A stretch of 64,000 nt of DNA, from the IMG/VR virus record IMGVR_UViG_3300050336_000030; one strand, 5' to 3'. The stretch is from a virus. Lineage: Duplodnaviria; Caudoviricetes. Below, in pieces: positions 41,617 through 51,975 of this stretch; within the stretch, counting starts at the first letter, position 1, and every line of letters begins with the position of its first letter. The notes beneath the pieces are model-generated. The model made no database searches. It saw nothing but the letters and a program-made list of their open reading frames with translations, and was not told where the DNA came from. The position numbers and the translations under genes are program-made.

Positions 41617-42663
41617 TTATAATTTAACCAACTTTTCAGCTATTTTTCTTTGAATCGAAATATACGAGCTGTTTGGAACATAAACATTAACACAATCCAA
41701 TGGAAGTATGCCTATTTCTACACCATTATTAATGCATAATTTATCATATTCTTCTTGGAATTTATTTAACAGATTAGCATGATGAGTTTCTGCATTCTGG
41801 TTTATTGCATCGACAACTTTATTATTTAGTTCAATCTTTTGTTGCATTTGCAACAGTTGTTTTTCTGTTCTAGGAATTGCATCTATTATATTTTCTTTTT
41901 TGTATATCAATCGATAATATATACAAGTTTCATCCCATTGAAATTCATCGTATAATTTATCTCTCAGTATTTCATAAAACTTTTCAGTTTGATGATAGAA
42001 ATAAATATCTCTCAATGAATCATATTTTTCAGGTTTGTCTTCGTCAAATCCCATTTGTTTCATAACTTCATATTTTATAGCAGTAAAATTTCTTATTTCA
42101 TCTTCATCAGCTACCCATTTTTCAGACTTACCTGTTTCTTTATTAATAGCTTTGATATGTAATTCTTGATGCCAATTTAATAAACACCTTCTCTGCAAAT
42201 TATTTAATGCACTAAAAAGTATTCTATCTAAAATACGGTATGCCCTACCATCAAATTCATCGATGTCACGTTGTTTAAATTCTTTGTTTTTGACAAGCAG
42301 AGTCCTATAATATTTATCAATATAATTTTTAGAAACTATTCCAAGTTTTAACATTAGATAATTCTTTGTACAAACAAGAGTTTGATTTACTTCTTGTGAT
42401 AATAGGTAAAGCAAAATTGTTTCAATATATTTTATATAAATGGCATTATTACCTTTGTTTCTTTTATCTAATTTTTCCATAGGAACTTCATACACATCCT
42501 CAATTATATATTTATGACCTTGTTTTCTATATTTAAAATATCTTTCCCAATCTTTAATTTGAGATTTTTTAGATTCACCAGTCTTTTCTTTTTCATTTAA
42601 CAACAAACATAATTCTTTATAGTTTTTTACGATTAAACCATTACATATACTGTCTAATAACAT
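41617..42663 (-). CDS. hypothetical DNA-binding-like protein
   Basis: ATG behind AAGGAGGA; basic, no confident family. Confidence 0.7.
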   Translation of the reverse strand: MLLDSICNGLIVKNYKELCLLLNEKEKTGESKKSQIKDWERYFKYRKQGHKYIIEDVYEVPMEKLDKRNKGNNAIYIKYIETILLYLLSQEVNQTLVCTKNYLMLKLGIVSKNYIDKYYRTLLVKNKEFKQRDIDEFDGRAYRILDRILFSALNNLQRRCLLNWHQELHIKAINKETGKSEKWVADEDEIRNFTAIKYEVMKQMGFDEDKPEKYDSLRDIYFYHQTEKFYEILRDKLYDEFQWDETCIYYRLIYKKENIIDAIPRTEKQLLQMQQKIELNNKVVDAINQNAETHHANLLNKFQEEYDKLCINNGVEIGILPLDCVNVYVPNSSYISIQRKIAEKLVKL

Positions 42664-42695
42664 GTATTCCTCCTTAAAGTTTTCCAATAAAAAAC

Positions 42696-42923
42696 CTAGG
42701 ATTTTCTCCTAGGACTATTCGCTTCCCATATTTTAAGGGAATTTAAAAAATTAACATTCTTATGAAATAACCAAAATTTTTTATTTGTGTTTGGATCAAT
42801 AGCTATCAATAAATATTTGCATCCTTGGTTTAATGCAAACTTCATTAAATTTGCAGAATAACACCTATAAAGCATATCGTTAGTTATAATAACGTCTTCG
42901 CTAATATTAATCATTCCTTTCAA
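42696..42923 (-). CDS. small hypothetical protein (DUF5659-like)
   Basis: CYS..LMKF...G.KY...FWLF pattern. Confidence 0.55.
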   Translation of the reverse strand: MKGMINISEDVIITNDMLYRCYSANLMKFALNQGCKYLLIAIDPNTNKKFWLFHKNVNFLNSLKIWEANSPRRKS

Positions 42924-42924
42924 T

Positions 42925-43095
42925 TTAAATTAAATTTTCATAAAATGCCCAATGAGTTCCATAGGTTGACGATTTAAGTCCTTTACAACATTTCAGAATA
43001 TCTTCTATATAAAGGCTTTCGCTATGGCTTGCGTCGCTCACATCATTAAATATTTCTCCCGTATCCAAACATACAACTTTAACGTTTTCTCGCAT
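42925..43095 (-). CDS. stand-alone NUMOD1/IENR1-like domain protein (56 aa, not in ORF track)
   Basis: KVVCLDTGEIF....AS......I.KCCKG.....G.HW.FY; SD GAAAGG. Confidence 0.65.
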   Translation of the reverse strand: MRENVKVVCLDTGEIFNDVSDASHSESLYIEDILKCCKGLKSSTYGTHWAFYENLI

Positions 43096-43170
43096 TAAAT
43101 TTCCTTTCTAAATTAAAAAAGAGTAGCCAACAATAAAGTAAGCTACTCTCCATAAAATATCTTTTCTATA

Positions 43171-43800
43171 TTAATAATTCTTAAGTAACTCTTTCAAAGC
43201 AATGGATCCTAATTTACCATTAGAACTCCATCCATTTTTATTTCTAAACAAATTAACTGCATCAGTAGTTCTCTGTCCCCAATCACCATCAACAACTAAC
43301 TTAACTTTTAAATCATTACCAAGATATTTATTCAATGCATTTTGAATCATCTTAGTAACAAAGGCATTATTATTTGCTTTTGAGTATTCATCTTCGGTAG
43401 TACTAACACCTTTAATCTGAAAATGAGGCGAGTCAGGAGAGGAAGACCAATTTGCACCTGCTTCAAAGCCGTATTTAGTCATAATAGATATAATCTTTAA
43501 AGTTTCTTTATCTTTAGAATTCCATATGGCTGTCATCTTACCATTTACACTTCTTTGTGGTATAACATCAACCGCATTTCTTAAGGTATGTATAGAATTT
43601 AAAGTCCATGTTATTTTATTACCAGGAGCTGTTCTGCCTTGGGCATATAAATAATTTTGTCTAGTTTGAGGTCTATAGGTTTCAACTAATAATGGATTAA
43701 CCCCTTTTTCTTTTATCTCTGCAAAAGCCAAGTCTAATAAAGTAGCACATAACGAATTAAGTTCTTTTTTATCTTTACAAGCTTCAGTTATATTTGACAT
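43171..43800 (-). CDS. endolysin, M15 peptidase plus peptidoglycan-binding domain
   Basis: ETYR...Q..LYAQGRT, SIH...AVD, DSPHFQ, VDGDWG. Confidence 0.9.
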   Translation of the reverse strand: MSNITEACKDKKELNSLCATLLDLAFAEIKEKGVNPLLVETYRPQTRQNYLYAQGRTAPGNKITWTLNSIHTLRNAVDVIPQRSVNGKMTAIWNSKDKETLKIISIMTKYGFEAGANWSSSPDSPHFQIKGVSTTEDEYSKANNNAFVTKMIQNALNKYLGNDLKVKLVVDGDWGQRTTDAVNLFRNKNGWSSNGKLGSIALKELLKNY

Positions 43801-43865
43801 ATTAATTACTTCCTTTCATAAAAATAGGGCAGTAGTGAACTGCCCATAGATTGTTATAACTTAAT

Positions 43866-44231
43866 TTATTTCACTGTAGTTCCAGAAACTCCGTTAACCA
43901 ACTCATTAACTTTTTCATTTTCTGCTAATAGCTCTTTCATCTTATCTAATGCTTCGTCAACCCATAGACTAAAAGTTTCAAATGAAACAATCTTAGCAGC
44001 AACAGGAAACTTAGTCATAAATAAATCATAAACAATTCTTAATTTCAAAGTTCCAGTTCCACTTCCGAGTTCTTTTTCTGCTCGTGTTACTGCAAGTAAT
44101 AACCATTCTTTGATTTTCGATACCTGTTCCGATGTCGGAAGTCCTGCAAATTTATAAACTACAAAACCAGCTACGACTAAGATTGCAACAATAGCTACTA
44201 AAACTGACCAATTATTAATAAACCATTCCAT
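43866..44231 (-). CDS. holin (LL-H-like)
   Basis: N-terminal TM, AEKELGSGTG.LK motif. Confidence 0.75.
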   Translation of the reverse strand: MEWFINNWSVLVAIVAILVVAGFVVYKFAGLPTSEQVSKIKEWLLLAVTRAEKELGSGTGTLKLRIVYDLFMTKFPVAAKIVSFETFSLWVDEALDKMKELLAENEKVNELVNGVSGTTVK

Positions 44232-44289
44232 AATAAAATCCTCCTTAAATTAAAAAAGAACCTATAAACTAGGCTCAACAATAGTAAAA

Positions 44290-44610
44290 TCATTCACTTT
44301 GAATATCTTCATATATACTTTCTGTTAAATCTGATTTCAAGTTTTCGGTTATGTTTTCTTTAATAACTTCATTAGCATTTTCTTTATCGATTTCTTTTAA
44401 AAGCTGAATCTGGTGATCTGATTTGCTCATATTATAATAAAAGGCTCTAGCAATTCCGTATGCCGTCCAACTTGCCAAACAAACCATACTTATGTCTTTA
44501 TCAAATATAATTAAAATTAAAATATAAATAATCGTAAGTATCCAACATTCAATACGAGCATAATCACATAGTTTCTTACTATATGCGGTAAAAGTCTTTT
44601 CTTTTTTCAC
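44290..44610 (-). CDS. two-TM lysis-cassette membrane protein
   Basis: hydrophobic segments and position. Confidence 0.6.
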   Translation of the reverse strand: MKKEKTFTAYSKKLCDYARIECWILTIIYILILIIFDKDISMVCLASWTAYGIARAFYYNMSKSDHQIQLLKEIDKENANEVIKENITENLKSDLTESIYEDIQSE

Positions 44611-44618
44611 AAAATCAC

Positions 44619-45005
44619 CTACTTTATAAATTGTTTAACTATTTCTATAATTGCATATATGAAGCCACCACTAAAAATAACAGGTAAAATTTTTGGTTTG
44701 ATAATTTCATTCCATATGTCAATTTTGCCTTTAGAGTCAATATCATCAACTTTCTTTTTTACATCTGCAATTTGTTCATCCATTTTGGTAGTTAAATCTT
44801 TTTGCCCCTGTTTTACTTCAATAAGTGATTCTTTCATAGCACCCATATCTTGTGCAATTAATTTAACAGAGGTAGCAATATCATAAATAGCCTTTTGTTC
44901 ATATCTAATTTCTTTTACCTCATCCTTTAATTCTTCAATTTGGTGAGTATTACTTTTTGACCGCTCAACCACCTCTGTTAGTGTTATTAAATCTTTATCA
45001 TCCAT
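44619..45005 (-). CDS. XhlA-like holin/coiled-coil protein with C-terminal TM
   Basis: ERSKSNTHQI motif, coiled coil, C-terminal TM. Confidence 0.65.
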   Translation of the reverse strand: MDDKDLITLTEVVERSKSNTHQIEELKDEVKEIRYEQKAIYDIATSVKLIAQDMGAMKESLIEVKQGQKDLTTKMDEQIADVKKKVDDIDSKGKIDIWNEIIKPKILPVIFSGGFIYAIIEIVKQFIK

Positions 45006-45028
45006 GTTACATTCCACCTCATCCTTTC

Positions 45029-45130
45029 TTGTAATATAGATCGGAGTGTGCTATAATATAGTTACACAAGCTCCATTTGTGTATGGGGACTAATTTGGTA
45101 TTTAGGGTATTTGATTAGTCCCCAACCCTC
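45029..45130 (+). ncRNA. putative antisense sRNA upstream of the lysis cassette
   Basis: TTGTAA-17-TGnTATAAT (45029/45052), then hairpins TACACAA/TTGTGTA and GGGGACTAAT/ATTAGTCCCC; no ORF. Confidence 0.45.
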
Positions 45131-45319
45131 ATAAAAATGCATTAAAAAAGAGCCATTTAAGGCTCTATTATTTTTCATTTGTATTAACTACCTAATTAAT
45201 ATTAAACTGTCTTTAAACCTTGATTACACATCTAAAATCATTGATTATATGACTAAAACCATTATGCATAAAACATCTCTTTTATCTTGAGCTGCGTCGC
45301 ATTTTTTACCAATTGTGTA

Positions 45320-46906
45320 TTACCAGTATCCTAATTCATGGCCACGTTTATAAACAAGTTTTCCAATTGCATCATATCCATAGTTATTATAATGAATATT
45401 ACCAGAATCAATTCTAAGACTTGTTGGGACATATCCCGTTGCAATATCTGCTAAGTCTTGTGCTGTAGCAGTCAATCCCTCATCATTTAATCCATAACTT
45501 GACACGATTGTTTCTCCGTCATAAATTGGTGATGATAAATATTGTCTTAGGTTAATATAATGTCTACCAAACTCTTTATACATCAAGGTTTCGCGAGAGG
45601 ATCCCTGTGATTCTGTTACGTTTGTTGTTCCTAAAATAAGGTATTTTTTTACATTTGCGATATCTAGCATCTTTTTATGCTGATATATCAATTCTGCACT
45701 GTCTGCGAATCCTCCGTTTGTACCCATCCATATAATAGGAATATATGTACCTGTTAGTATCTGTGACGCGGGAATAAGCGATGAAGGACGATTTATAACC
45801 TTAGATGTTCCTGCTACTGACCTTGTAAAGTAATAAACTCCACTGCTATATGATAAAACTCCTTGAATGTCTTCTATAAAGCATGGATTTATACCTTTTA
45901 CACCGGATGAATCTTGTAATAATGGGGCTACCGTCCCACCGTCATCAGACAATAATGTTACTGCTACTGATGTAGTCCCTGCAGGAATTGTTATTCCGGG
46001 CTGTACAATATATAGCATTCCACCTTGTCTGCCAGAAATGGTTTTTGTTGTTTCTCCCCCAACTCCGTAATTTAAAACTTCGTAATTACTTCCTAATAAG
46101 TTTTGCAAAACTGTAGGATATGGAGTATATCCGTCTCCCATAGTTAAACTATCGCCCCAACAGATAACTTTCTTTATTGTATCATCTAATGATTCTATGG
46201 GTATGCACTTTAAAGTTGTAAGAGTTTGTTTTCCATATGGTGCATATGGAAGTAATATATCGCCTTTATTAAACATAATATTTATTCCGATGTTAACCGT
46301 TGCAATTTTTAATCTTATTTTCCTAACCGTACTATTGCTTGACAGTGTTAATATCCCGTTAGTATTTGTAGTATAGGAAATATAATTACCTGTTTCACCA
46401 TAATATAATATTGCAGTTATTGGATTTGCAACACCTAAATAGGTGTATTTATACGTTATTCCTGCTTCAACTGGTATAAAATCAGATGCATACCATGAAG
46501 AACTTATGCTTAATTCTCCTGTGGTTGTACTTAACGATCCCGACACAGTAGTTGATTTATCGTATAAATTTTTTGATTTTTCAAAAAATGTAGTTTTTTC
46601 TTCTGTAATGCTATTGTCGGTTATCCCAGTTCCGTTGGCTTGTATATTTGTACTTATCCATCCGTTATTGTAAGTGTAAATCATTCCATCTTCCAATACG
46701 GAATGATTATATATGTCTCCAGTAGGATAAGCTGTTTGTAACAATGCTAAAGTATTATAACTTTCTTTATAAGACAAACTAACCTGTTGTAGCTCGTCTT
46801 TTGTCGCCTTAGAAGCCAATTCCGACGAAACTTTTTGTAAATTTTCTGGTACTAATCGTTCTAAATTTTTATTTATATTTCTAACTAAAATATCTGATAA
46901 ACCCAT
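45320..46906 (-). CDS. tail-associated protein with SGNH/GDSL hydrolase domain
   Basis: CWGDSLT, NYGVGGE, WMGTN, D...IHYN. Confidence 0.8.
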   Translation of the reverse strand: MGLSDILVRNINKNLERLVPENLQKVSSELASKATKDELQQVSLSYKESYNTLALLQTAYPTGDIYNHSVLEDGMIYTYNNGWISTNIQANGTGITDNSITEEKTTFFEKSKNLYDKSTTVSGSLSTTTGELSISSSWYASDFIPVEAGITYKYTYLGVANPITAILYYGETGNYISYTTNTNGILTLSSNSTVRKIRLKIATVNIGINIMFNKGDILLPYAPYGKQTLTTLKCIPIESLDDTIKKVICWGDSLTMGDGYTPYPTVLQNLLGSNYEVLNYGVGGETTKTISGRQGGMLYIVQPGITIPAGTTSVAVTLLSDDGGTVAPLLQDSSGVKGINPCFIEDIQGVLSYSSGVYYFTRSVAGTSKVINRPSSLIPASQILTGTYIPIIWMGTNGGFADSAELIYQHKKMLDIANVKKYLILGTTNVTESQGSSRETLMYKEFGRHYINLRQYLSSPIYDGETIVSSYGLNDEGLTATAQDLADIATGYVPTSLRIDSGNIHYNNYGYDAIGKLVYKRGHELGYW

Positions 46907-46918
46907 GATTCACCTCCT

Positions 46919-47251
46919 TTATCCAACTAATCTACCAATAACTGTAACTGTTCCAGAAACGCTTACTAATTTTACCCTTATGTAACTCCAACCAATTAAA
47001 TCGGTTTGCCAAGTATTAAATGTATTTAGTTGTGTAGACACTTCAAGTGTTTTTAAATCACCTGCACAAATTTCATCCCAATCGCTTTTATATGATGTTT
47101 TACCCTCTATAGTAGCCAAAAATGCACCAGTACCTATAAAATCTATATTTATGGTTGATGCATCAGATGTAATCATATATTCCAATCCTACAGATGGAGA
47201 AGTTGCATTTGTGTGAAATTCAACTTCAGCTATCGAACGATTTCCTGCCAT
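46919..47251 (-). CDS. hypothetical tail-region protein
   Basis: beta-rich ORF with SD. Confidence 0.7.
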   Translation of the reverse strand: MAGNRSIAEVEFHTNATSPSVGLEYMITSDASTINIDFIGTGAFLATIEGKTSYKSDWDEICAGDLKTLEVSTQLNTFNTWQTDLIGWSYIRVKLVSVSGTVTVIGRLVG

Positions 47252-47263
47252 AATATCCCTCCT

Positions 47264-48490
47264 TTATGATATTGTTGTTTCATAAGTTGATAGGTTATAC
47301 GTAAACGTAACTGACTCACCTGTGTTCATGGTTCTTACCTCAGTTACAATATCTCCGTTATATGTATAAACGTCTTCTCTGATAATTACATTGTTTAAAT
47401 CTACATGTTGTATTTTTTGTATGGTATCATCGGTATTTAAAATTGTAGTTTGTGTTGTATTCCTTAAATAATCTTGAGTAAGAGAGAAGTCTAAGTCTTT
47501 TAATGTTTGTGTTGCTTCGAGCTGAAAAGTTTGATACCATGATGGTACTGGATTTTCAGGTGTTCCGTCTACTTTTAGATTTTCGATTACATCAAATTGA
47601 GCAGCTTTAGATTGCAGAATATAAAATTCACCTAATTCGTTATACCCAATAACTTCTAAAGCAAACGATACTTTTCCATCTTTTGAAGCAACATGATCTG
47701 TCATAAGCCAATTGAAAGATAGAGTAGTATCATCAATGGTTAAATTACAAATTCGTGATCTATCACCTTCACCATATTCATTTATAAACTTTATACATAT
47801 CGTTTTAGTTGAAATATCAATACCATCTATGAATCTAGGGGTCTGAAATGGTACAATTCTCGACCTTGTATCTTGTTGAACCAAATCGGTTTTTATAGTT
47901 ATTGGAAATATTAAATCTCTATCTACAAGAGTAATTGGTGCATCTAATGAATACATTTCGCTGTATACTGTAGAATTATCATTGTTATTATAAAACGCTA
48001 TATCATATGTATAATCACTTCCCGTGGCATTTGAACCGACTGAAAATGTAGGCAACACAGCAAATGTAGTTTCTCTCGTTTGCCACCTATAAATCGTTGA
48101 ATATGAATTAACGGTATAGAAATCAACCTTTATTTTTACATTTCCACTATATACTGATACTTCGCTTGGAATAGTCCAAAGAAATGAGAGAGTAGTTTCA
48201 TCTGTTGTAAATTGAGATATATTGGTATAACCTTTCATATTAATTGAATTTACATAACATACCCTGATTGTTTTTTGTGATAAATCAACTCCATCATAAT
48301 ACCTACTAAAACTAAATTTTATAATTCGGCTATTTGTATCGCCCTGTACGGTTACAATGGTATTAAGTGGTATGTTAATAGTTCTATTTATTACAGTAAA
48401 TGTGGTATAATCTGTTGAAACTGAAGTCAAGGAAGTACTTTCAGTTGTAGAAAGAATATTTAATGCTTCTTCATAATTAGTTGCGCTCAT
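47264..48490 (-). CDS. BppU-like baseplate protein (two repeated domains)
   Basis: duplicated D..SR...F...R..DG.D.S.KTI motif. Confidence 0.7.
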   Translation of the reverse strand: MSATNYEEALNILSTTESTSLTSVSTDYTTFTVINRTINIPLNTIVTVQGDTNSRIIKFSFSRYYDGVDLSQKTIRVCYVNSINMKGYTNISQFTTDETTLSFLWTIPSEVSVYSGNVKIKVDFYTVNSYSTIYRWQTRETTFAVLPTFSVGSNATGSDYTYDIAFYNNNDNSTVYSEMYSLDAPITLVDRDLIFPITIKTDLVQQDTRSRIVPFQTPRFIDGIDISTKTICIKFINEYGEGDRSRICNLTIDDTTLSFNWLMTDHVASKDGKVSFALEVIGYNELGEFYILQSKAAQFDVIENLKVDGTPENPVPSWYQTFQLEATQTLKDLDFSLTQDYLRNTTQTTILNTDDTIQKIQHVDLNNVIIREDVYTYNGDIVTEVRTMNTGESVTFTYNLSTYETTIS

Positions 48491-49034
48491 TTATTCTCAC
48501 CTCGATTTCTTCCATATCCTTTAACATTTGTGTCACTAATTTAGCCACTTCTAATGTCTTATTATACTTATCTGTAATTTGAGCCAATTTTTGAGTAAAT
48601 TCAAAATTATATTGTTCCATTTTTACTTCATGCAATTCTATTAAAGATAATTGAGAATCAGTTAAATAATCCGAAATCTTTAAATGTGATGAAATAAGAA
48701 TAGTAGTAGTACCAGACTTAATTAAAATTCCGTTTGTATCAACGATTTCAATCCAAACAGTTATATCCCCGACACTTTCAGTCATCTTTATTGGAATAGG
48801 AATATTATATTGAAGATAACCTGACCGACACTCATTAAGTTTTGTTGCCAATATAATATCGCCCTGGTTTATACTATTAATCCAATTAAAATTAATTGAA
48901 TAATTTTCAAGCGAATAATTGTTATAAACTTGCGGTAATAATAATGTGAGAGATTCACCTGATTCACCAACATAAATCTCATTTGTTATAGTCTTTCGCA
49001 ATGATTTATCATCATTCATTATTATGGTAATCAT
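48477..49034 (-). CDS. BppU-like baseplate/adaptor protein
   Basis: ATG behind GAAAGGAGG; tail context. Confidence 0.6.
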   Translation of the reverse strand: MITIIMNDDKSLRKTITNEIYVGESGESLTLLLPQVYNNYSLENYSINFNWINSINQGDIILATKLNECRSGYLQYNIPIPIKMTESVGDITVWIEIVDTNGILIKSGTTTILISSHLKISDYLTDSQLSLIELHEVKMEQYNFEFTQKLAQITDKYNKTLEVAKLVTQMLKDMEEIEVRINERN

Positions 49035-49184
49035 GAATACCTCCTTTCTAAAAATAAGCATAAAAATAACACGAATTATTAGCATAAAAGTACAATCAAT
49101 ACTAGTAATTCGTGTTATAAAACTCTGTAAATACAATATTAAGTTGTTAAATTTCTTGATAAAACACCGAATTTATGCTATATA

Positions 49185-51512
49185 TCAAACTTTATACCAA
49201 TTAGTTCCATCGCTCACCAATGTTAATGTTGAATTTGGAGTAGCAGAAAAATTAGATGCTAATTTAATATTTCCGGTATTATTAACTGTCAATGTTCCAT
49301 CAAAAATCATAGTGATTTTATATCCACTTGGTTTAATACTTATATTAGTAATTGCTGTTGTTCCTGTGATGTGAAAAACTTCTCCAGTACTAGGCGTAAT
49401 TGTAGCCGCAGAAGCAATAGCCGTAGCAATATTACCCAAATTATTCAAGTAAACAATATCACCCGTTGATCCATGATTTAAAATAAATTTATCACTACTC
49501 TGGAATCCTAACATATTGTTATTAAGGATGCTTATATTATCAAATGATCCTGAATAAATTTCTATAACTCCTCCATTTCTTAATGTTCCACTAGTAAATA
49601 TATTCTCGTCAAATTGCAAATTAGTCGCTCCTGCTGAAATTGAACCTATTACAATATCATAAACACCAGTAGAATTTAAAGTATTATTATTCTTGAATTT
49701 ATTCCCAATAAAACTAATGTTACTAAAATTTGAATTTAATGAAACTGCTTGTGCTTGAGTTAGTTCTATAGTGCATGAATTAAAAGACACTTCACTAACA
49801 TTTGCGCTTATGTCTATTCCAATAACTCCGGTTCTTATTTCACAATTGTTAAATTTAAATCCACCGAAAGTGGTACCTGTTCCAAGGATAGTTACTGCTC
49901 TTAATTTATTATCATCAAAATAACAATTATTAAAATAGTTTCCAATATTTTTGTTTGCACCATCTAATACTAATGCATAATTAGTTCCTTGTACATGGCA
50001 GTCGCTAAACCATAATCCATCACTACATAAAATATGATATCCAACATTTACAGGGTAACCTTCTCTGAGTGGTAAAGCATCACATTGAGAAAATTTACAA
50101 CTTACAACCATTTTTACGGAAGTATTCTCGTTATATTTTACCGTATAGTAAGAATTTCCATTTAGCCCAACCGTATGGCTACACCAGATATTCCTAAAAT
50201 CTATTCTTGCACTTGCTTCAAGAGTTAAACAATCATACCCTGCATCAATATGTAAATCCTCAAACAATCCATCTTGACAGTCTAATACTCTTAAGTGAGA
50301 TCCAGACGTCATTTCATTTATTTTTTGACCTATGAACATATGAAACATGCCACAACCATGAGCGCCACTAAGATTAAATAAAACTGTATCGTAGTCAGTA
50401 GTAAATGCAGCTAAACTTCTTACTATCATCGAAACCCATCTACCTGCACCATATAAATAAACATTAGGATTCAACACTTTTATAGTTGATGAAACTAAAT
50501 ATTTACCAGCAGGGAACCAAACAATTCCTCCTCCATGTGTTCCTACATAATTAACTGCATTCTGAATTGCCATAGTATCATCAATTATACCATCCCCTAT
50601 TGCACCAAAATCTTTAACACTAATAACTAAATTATTAACTCTTTTTGCAATTTCTTGTAATGCTGAATTTGCATCATCAGTCGTGTAATAATTTCCTGTG
50701 TCTATGATAGGTAATTGAGCGGCATTAGCGATATTTCCACCTGAACTAGAAATACATATCCAGTTAGCATTATCGGTGTTATATGATGGTGAAACCCCTT
50801 GACATGGAACGATATTCTTATATGAGCTATAAGTTCCGTTGTATTGTAATGTAACTTTATTGTTTACCACGTATGGTTTACTTGGATTATATACTTCATA
50901 TAAATTTCTTGCATTTTCATTATTAATCCTCGTATTCTCTTTTGAAACACGATCCGATTCAGCGTTACTAACTGAAGTTTCAAGATTAACCATGTTAGTA
51001 ATTTCAGTTCTTGCGTCTTGCGTTGCCGAATTGGTATTATCTGTAGCAACTATCGCATTTGCTGTAGCTGTATTAACTTCTTCTGTCAAATCACCTAGAG
51101 TATTGAGCGCATTTTGAAATGCTATAAAATCATTTGAAGATTCAATTGCGTTTGCTATATTATTATCATCAACATTAATGTTAAAAGTTTTTGATGTCCT
51201 CCATTTTGTTCCATTAGTAATTTGAAAATTACATTCGACTTCTCCTTTTACCGCATATACTTGATTGGTCAAATCAAAAACAAAATAATTATCAGAAATC
51301 GTAGAATGAATATATCCATCAGTATTGTCTTTTTTTTTAAAATAAAAATAAGCCATTTCTGAACTAGGCGTTAATATTTCTGAATCTTGAACGATTTGTA
51401 ATTTGAATCCATTTCCAGAATCATCTACAGAACCATGATAATGTTTAAATAACGTGTTGTTATTTAAATTCCATTGTATCACTGGATAACTTTTACTAAA
51501 ATCCAATGCCAT
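49185..51512 (-). CDS. tailspike/depolymerase: BppU N-terminus plus pectate-lyase-like beta-helix
   Basis: SVKDFGAIGDG..DDT.AIQ.A, FPAGKY, Asn-rich repeats. Confidence 0.85.
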   Translation of the reverse strand: MALDFSKSYPVIQWNLNNNTLFKHYHGSVDDSGNGFKLQIVQDSEILTPSSEMAYFYFKKKDNTDGYIHSTISDNYFVFDLTNQVYAVKGEVECNFQITNGTKWRTSKTFNINVDDNNIANAIESSNDFIAFQNALNTLGDLTEEVNTATANAIVATDNTNSATQDARTEITNMVNLETSVSNAESDRVSKENTRINNENARNLYEVYNPSKPYVVNNKVTLQYNGTYSSYKNIVPCQGVSPSYNTDNANWICISSSGGNIANAAQLPIIDTGNYYTTDDANSALQEIAKRVNNLVISVKDFGAIGDGIIDDTMAIQNAVNYVGTHGGGIVWFPAGKYLVSSTIKVLNPNVYLYGAGRWVSMIVRSLAAFTTDYDTVLFNLSGAHGCGMFHMFIGQKINEMTSGSHLRVLDCQDGLFEDLHIDAGYDCLTLEASARIDFRNIWCSHTVGLNGNSYYTVKYNENTSVKMVVSCKFSQCDALPLREGYPVNVGYHILCSDGLWFSDCHVQGTNYALVLDGANKNIGNYFNNCYFDDNKLRAVTILGTGTTFGGFKFNNCEIRTGVIGIDISANVSEVSFNSCTIELTQAQAVSLNSNFSNISFIGNKFKNNNTLNSTGVYDIVIGSISAGATNLQFDENIFTSGTLRNGGVIEIYSGSFDNISILNNNMLGFQSSDKFILNHGSTGDIVYLNNLGNIATAIASAATITPSTGEVFHITGTTAITNISIKPSGYKITMIFDGTLTVNNTGNIKLASNFSATPNSTLTLVSDGTNWYKV

Positions 51513-51567
51513 TACTTTACCTCCTTTATGTAAAAATATATAAGCGTAATATCATAAAAGTGTTAAT

Positions 51568-51975
51568 TTATTTAGACTGTATAGTTACTTCAGTATCATC
51601 TTCAATCATTGCCTCTAAGATGAATAGGAGATTAGGTTCTATATCTCTACCATCTAAATCAGAAAGCTTAACCTTTAAGATATCAATCGTATTTTCACAA
51701 TTTAGCAAGTCGTTTCTTTCTTGATTAAATGTTTTAATATGAGCTGGAGCAATTCTATATTGATTATTATCAAATATTTTTACCTTTCCAGATTCATCTT
51801 TAATTGCATATTGTTCAACTAATTTGTTTTCACACTCGTAATATAGCTTTAAAAGTGGTTCAATCTTTTTCATGTTCTTAGAAAGGTTCCAGCCCGCCTT
51901 AACCGGAAGTTTAACTTTCATTATTTCTCCGAGTGCCTGAGCTGTATTTAATACTTCACTGTTTTTCATTTCCAT
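51568..51975 (-). CDS. DUF1617-like tail-associated protein
   Basis: LPVK..W.L.KN, LVEQYA.KDE.G pattern. Confidence 0.6.
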   Translation of the reverse strand: MEMKNSEVLNTAQALGEIMKVKLPVKAGWNLSKNMKKIEPLLKLYYECENKLVEQYAIKDESGKVKIFDNNQYRIAPAHIKTFNQERNDLLNCENTIDILKVKLSDLDGRDIEPNLLFILEAMIEDDTEVTIQSK

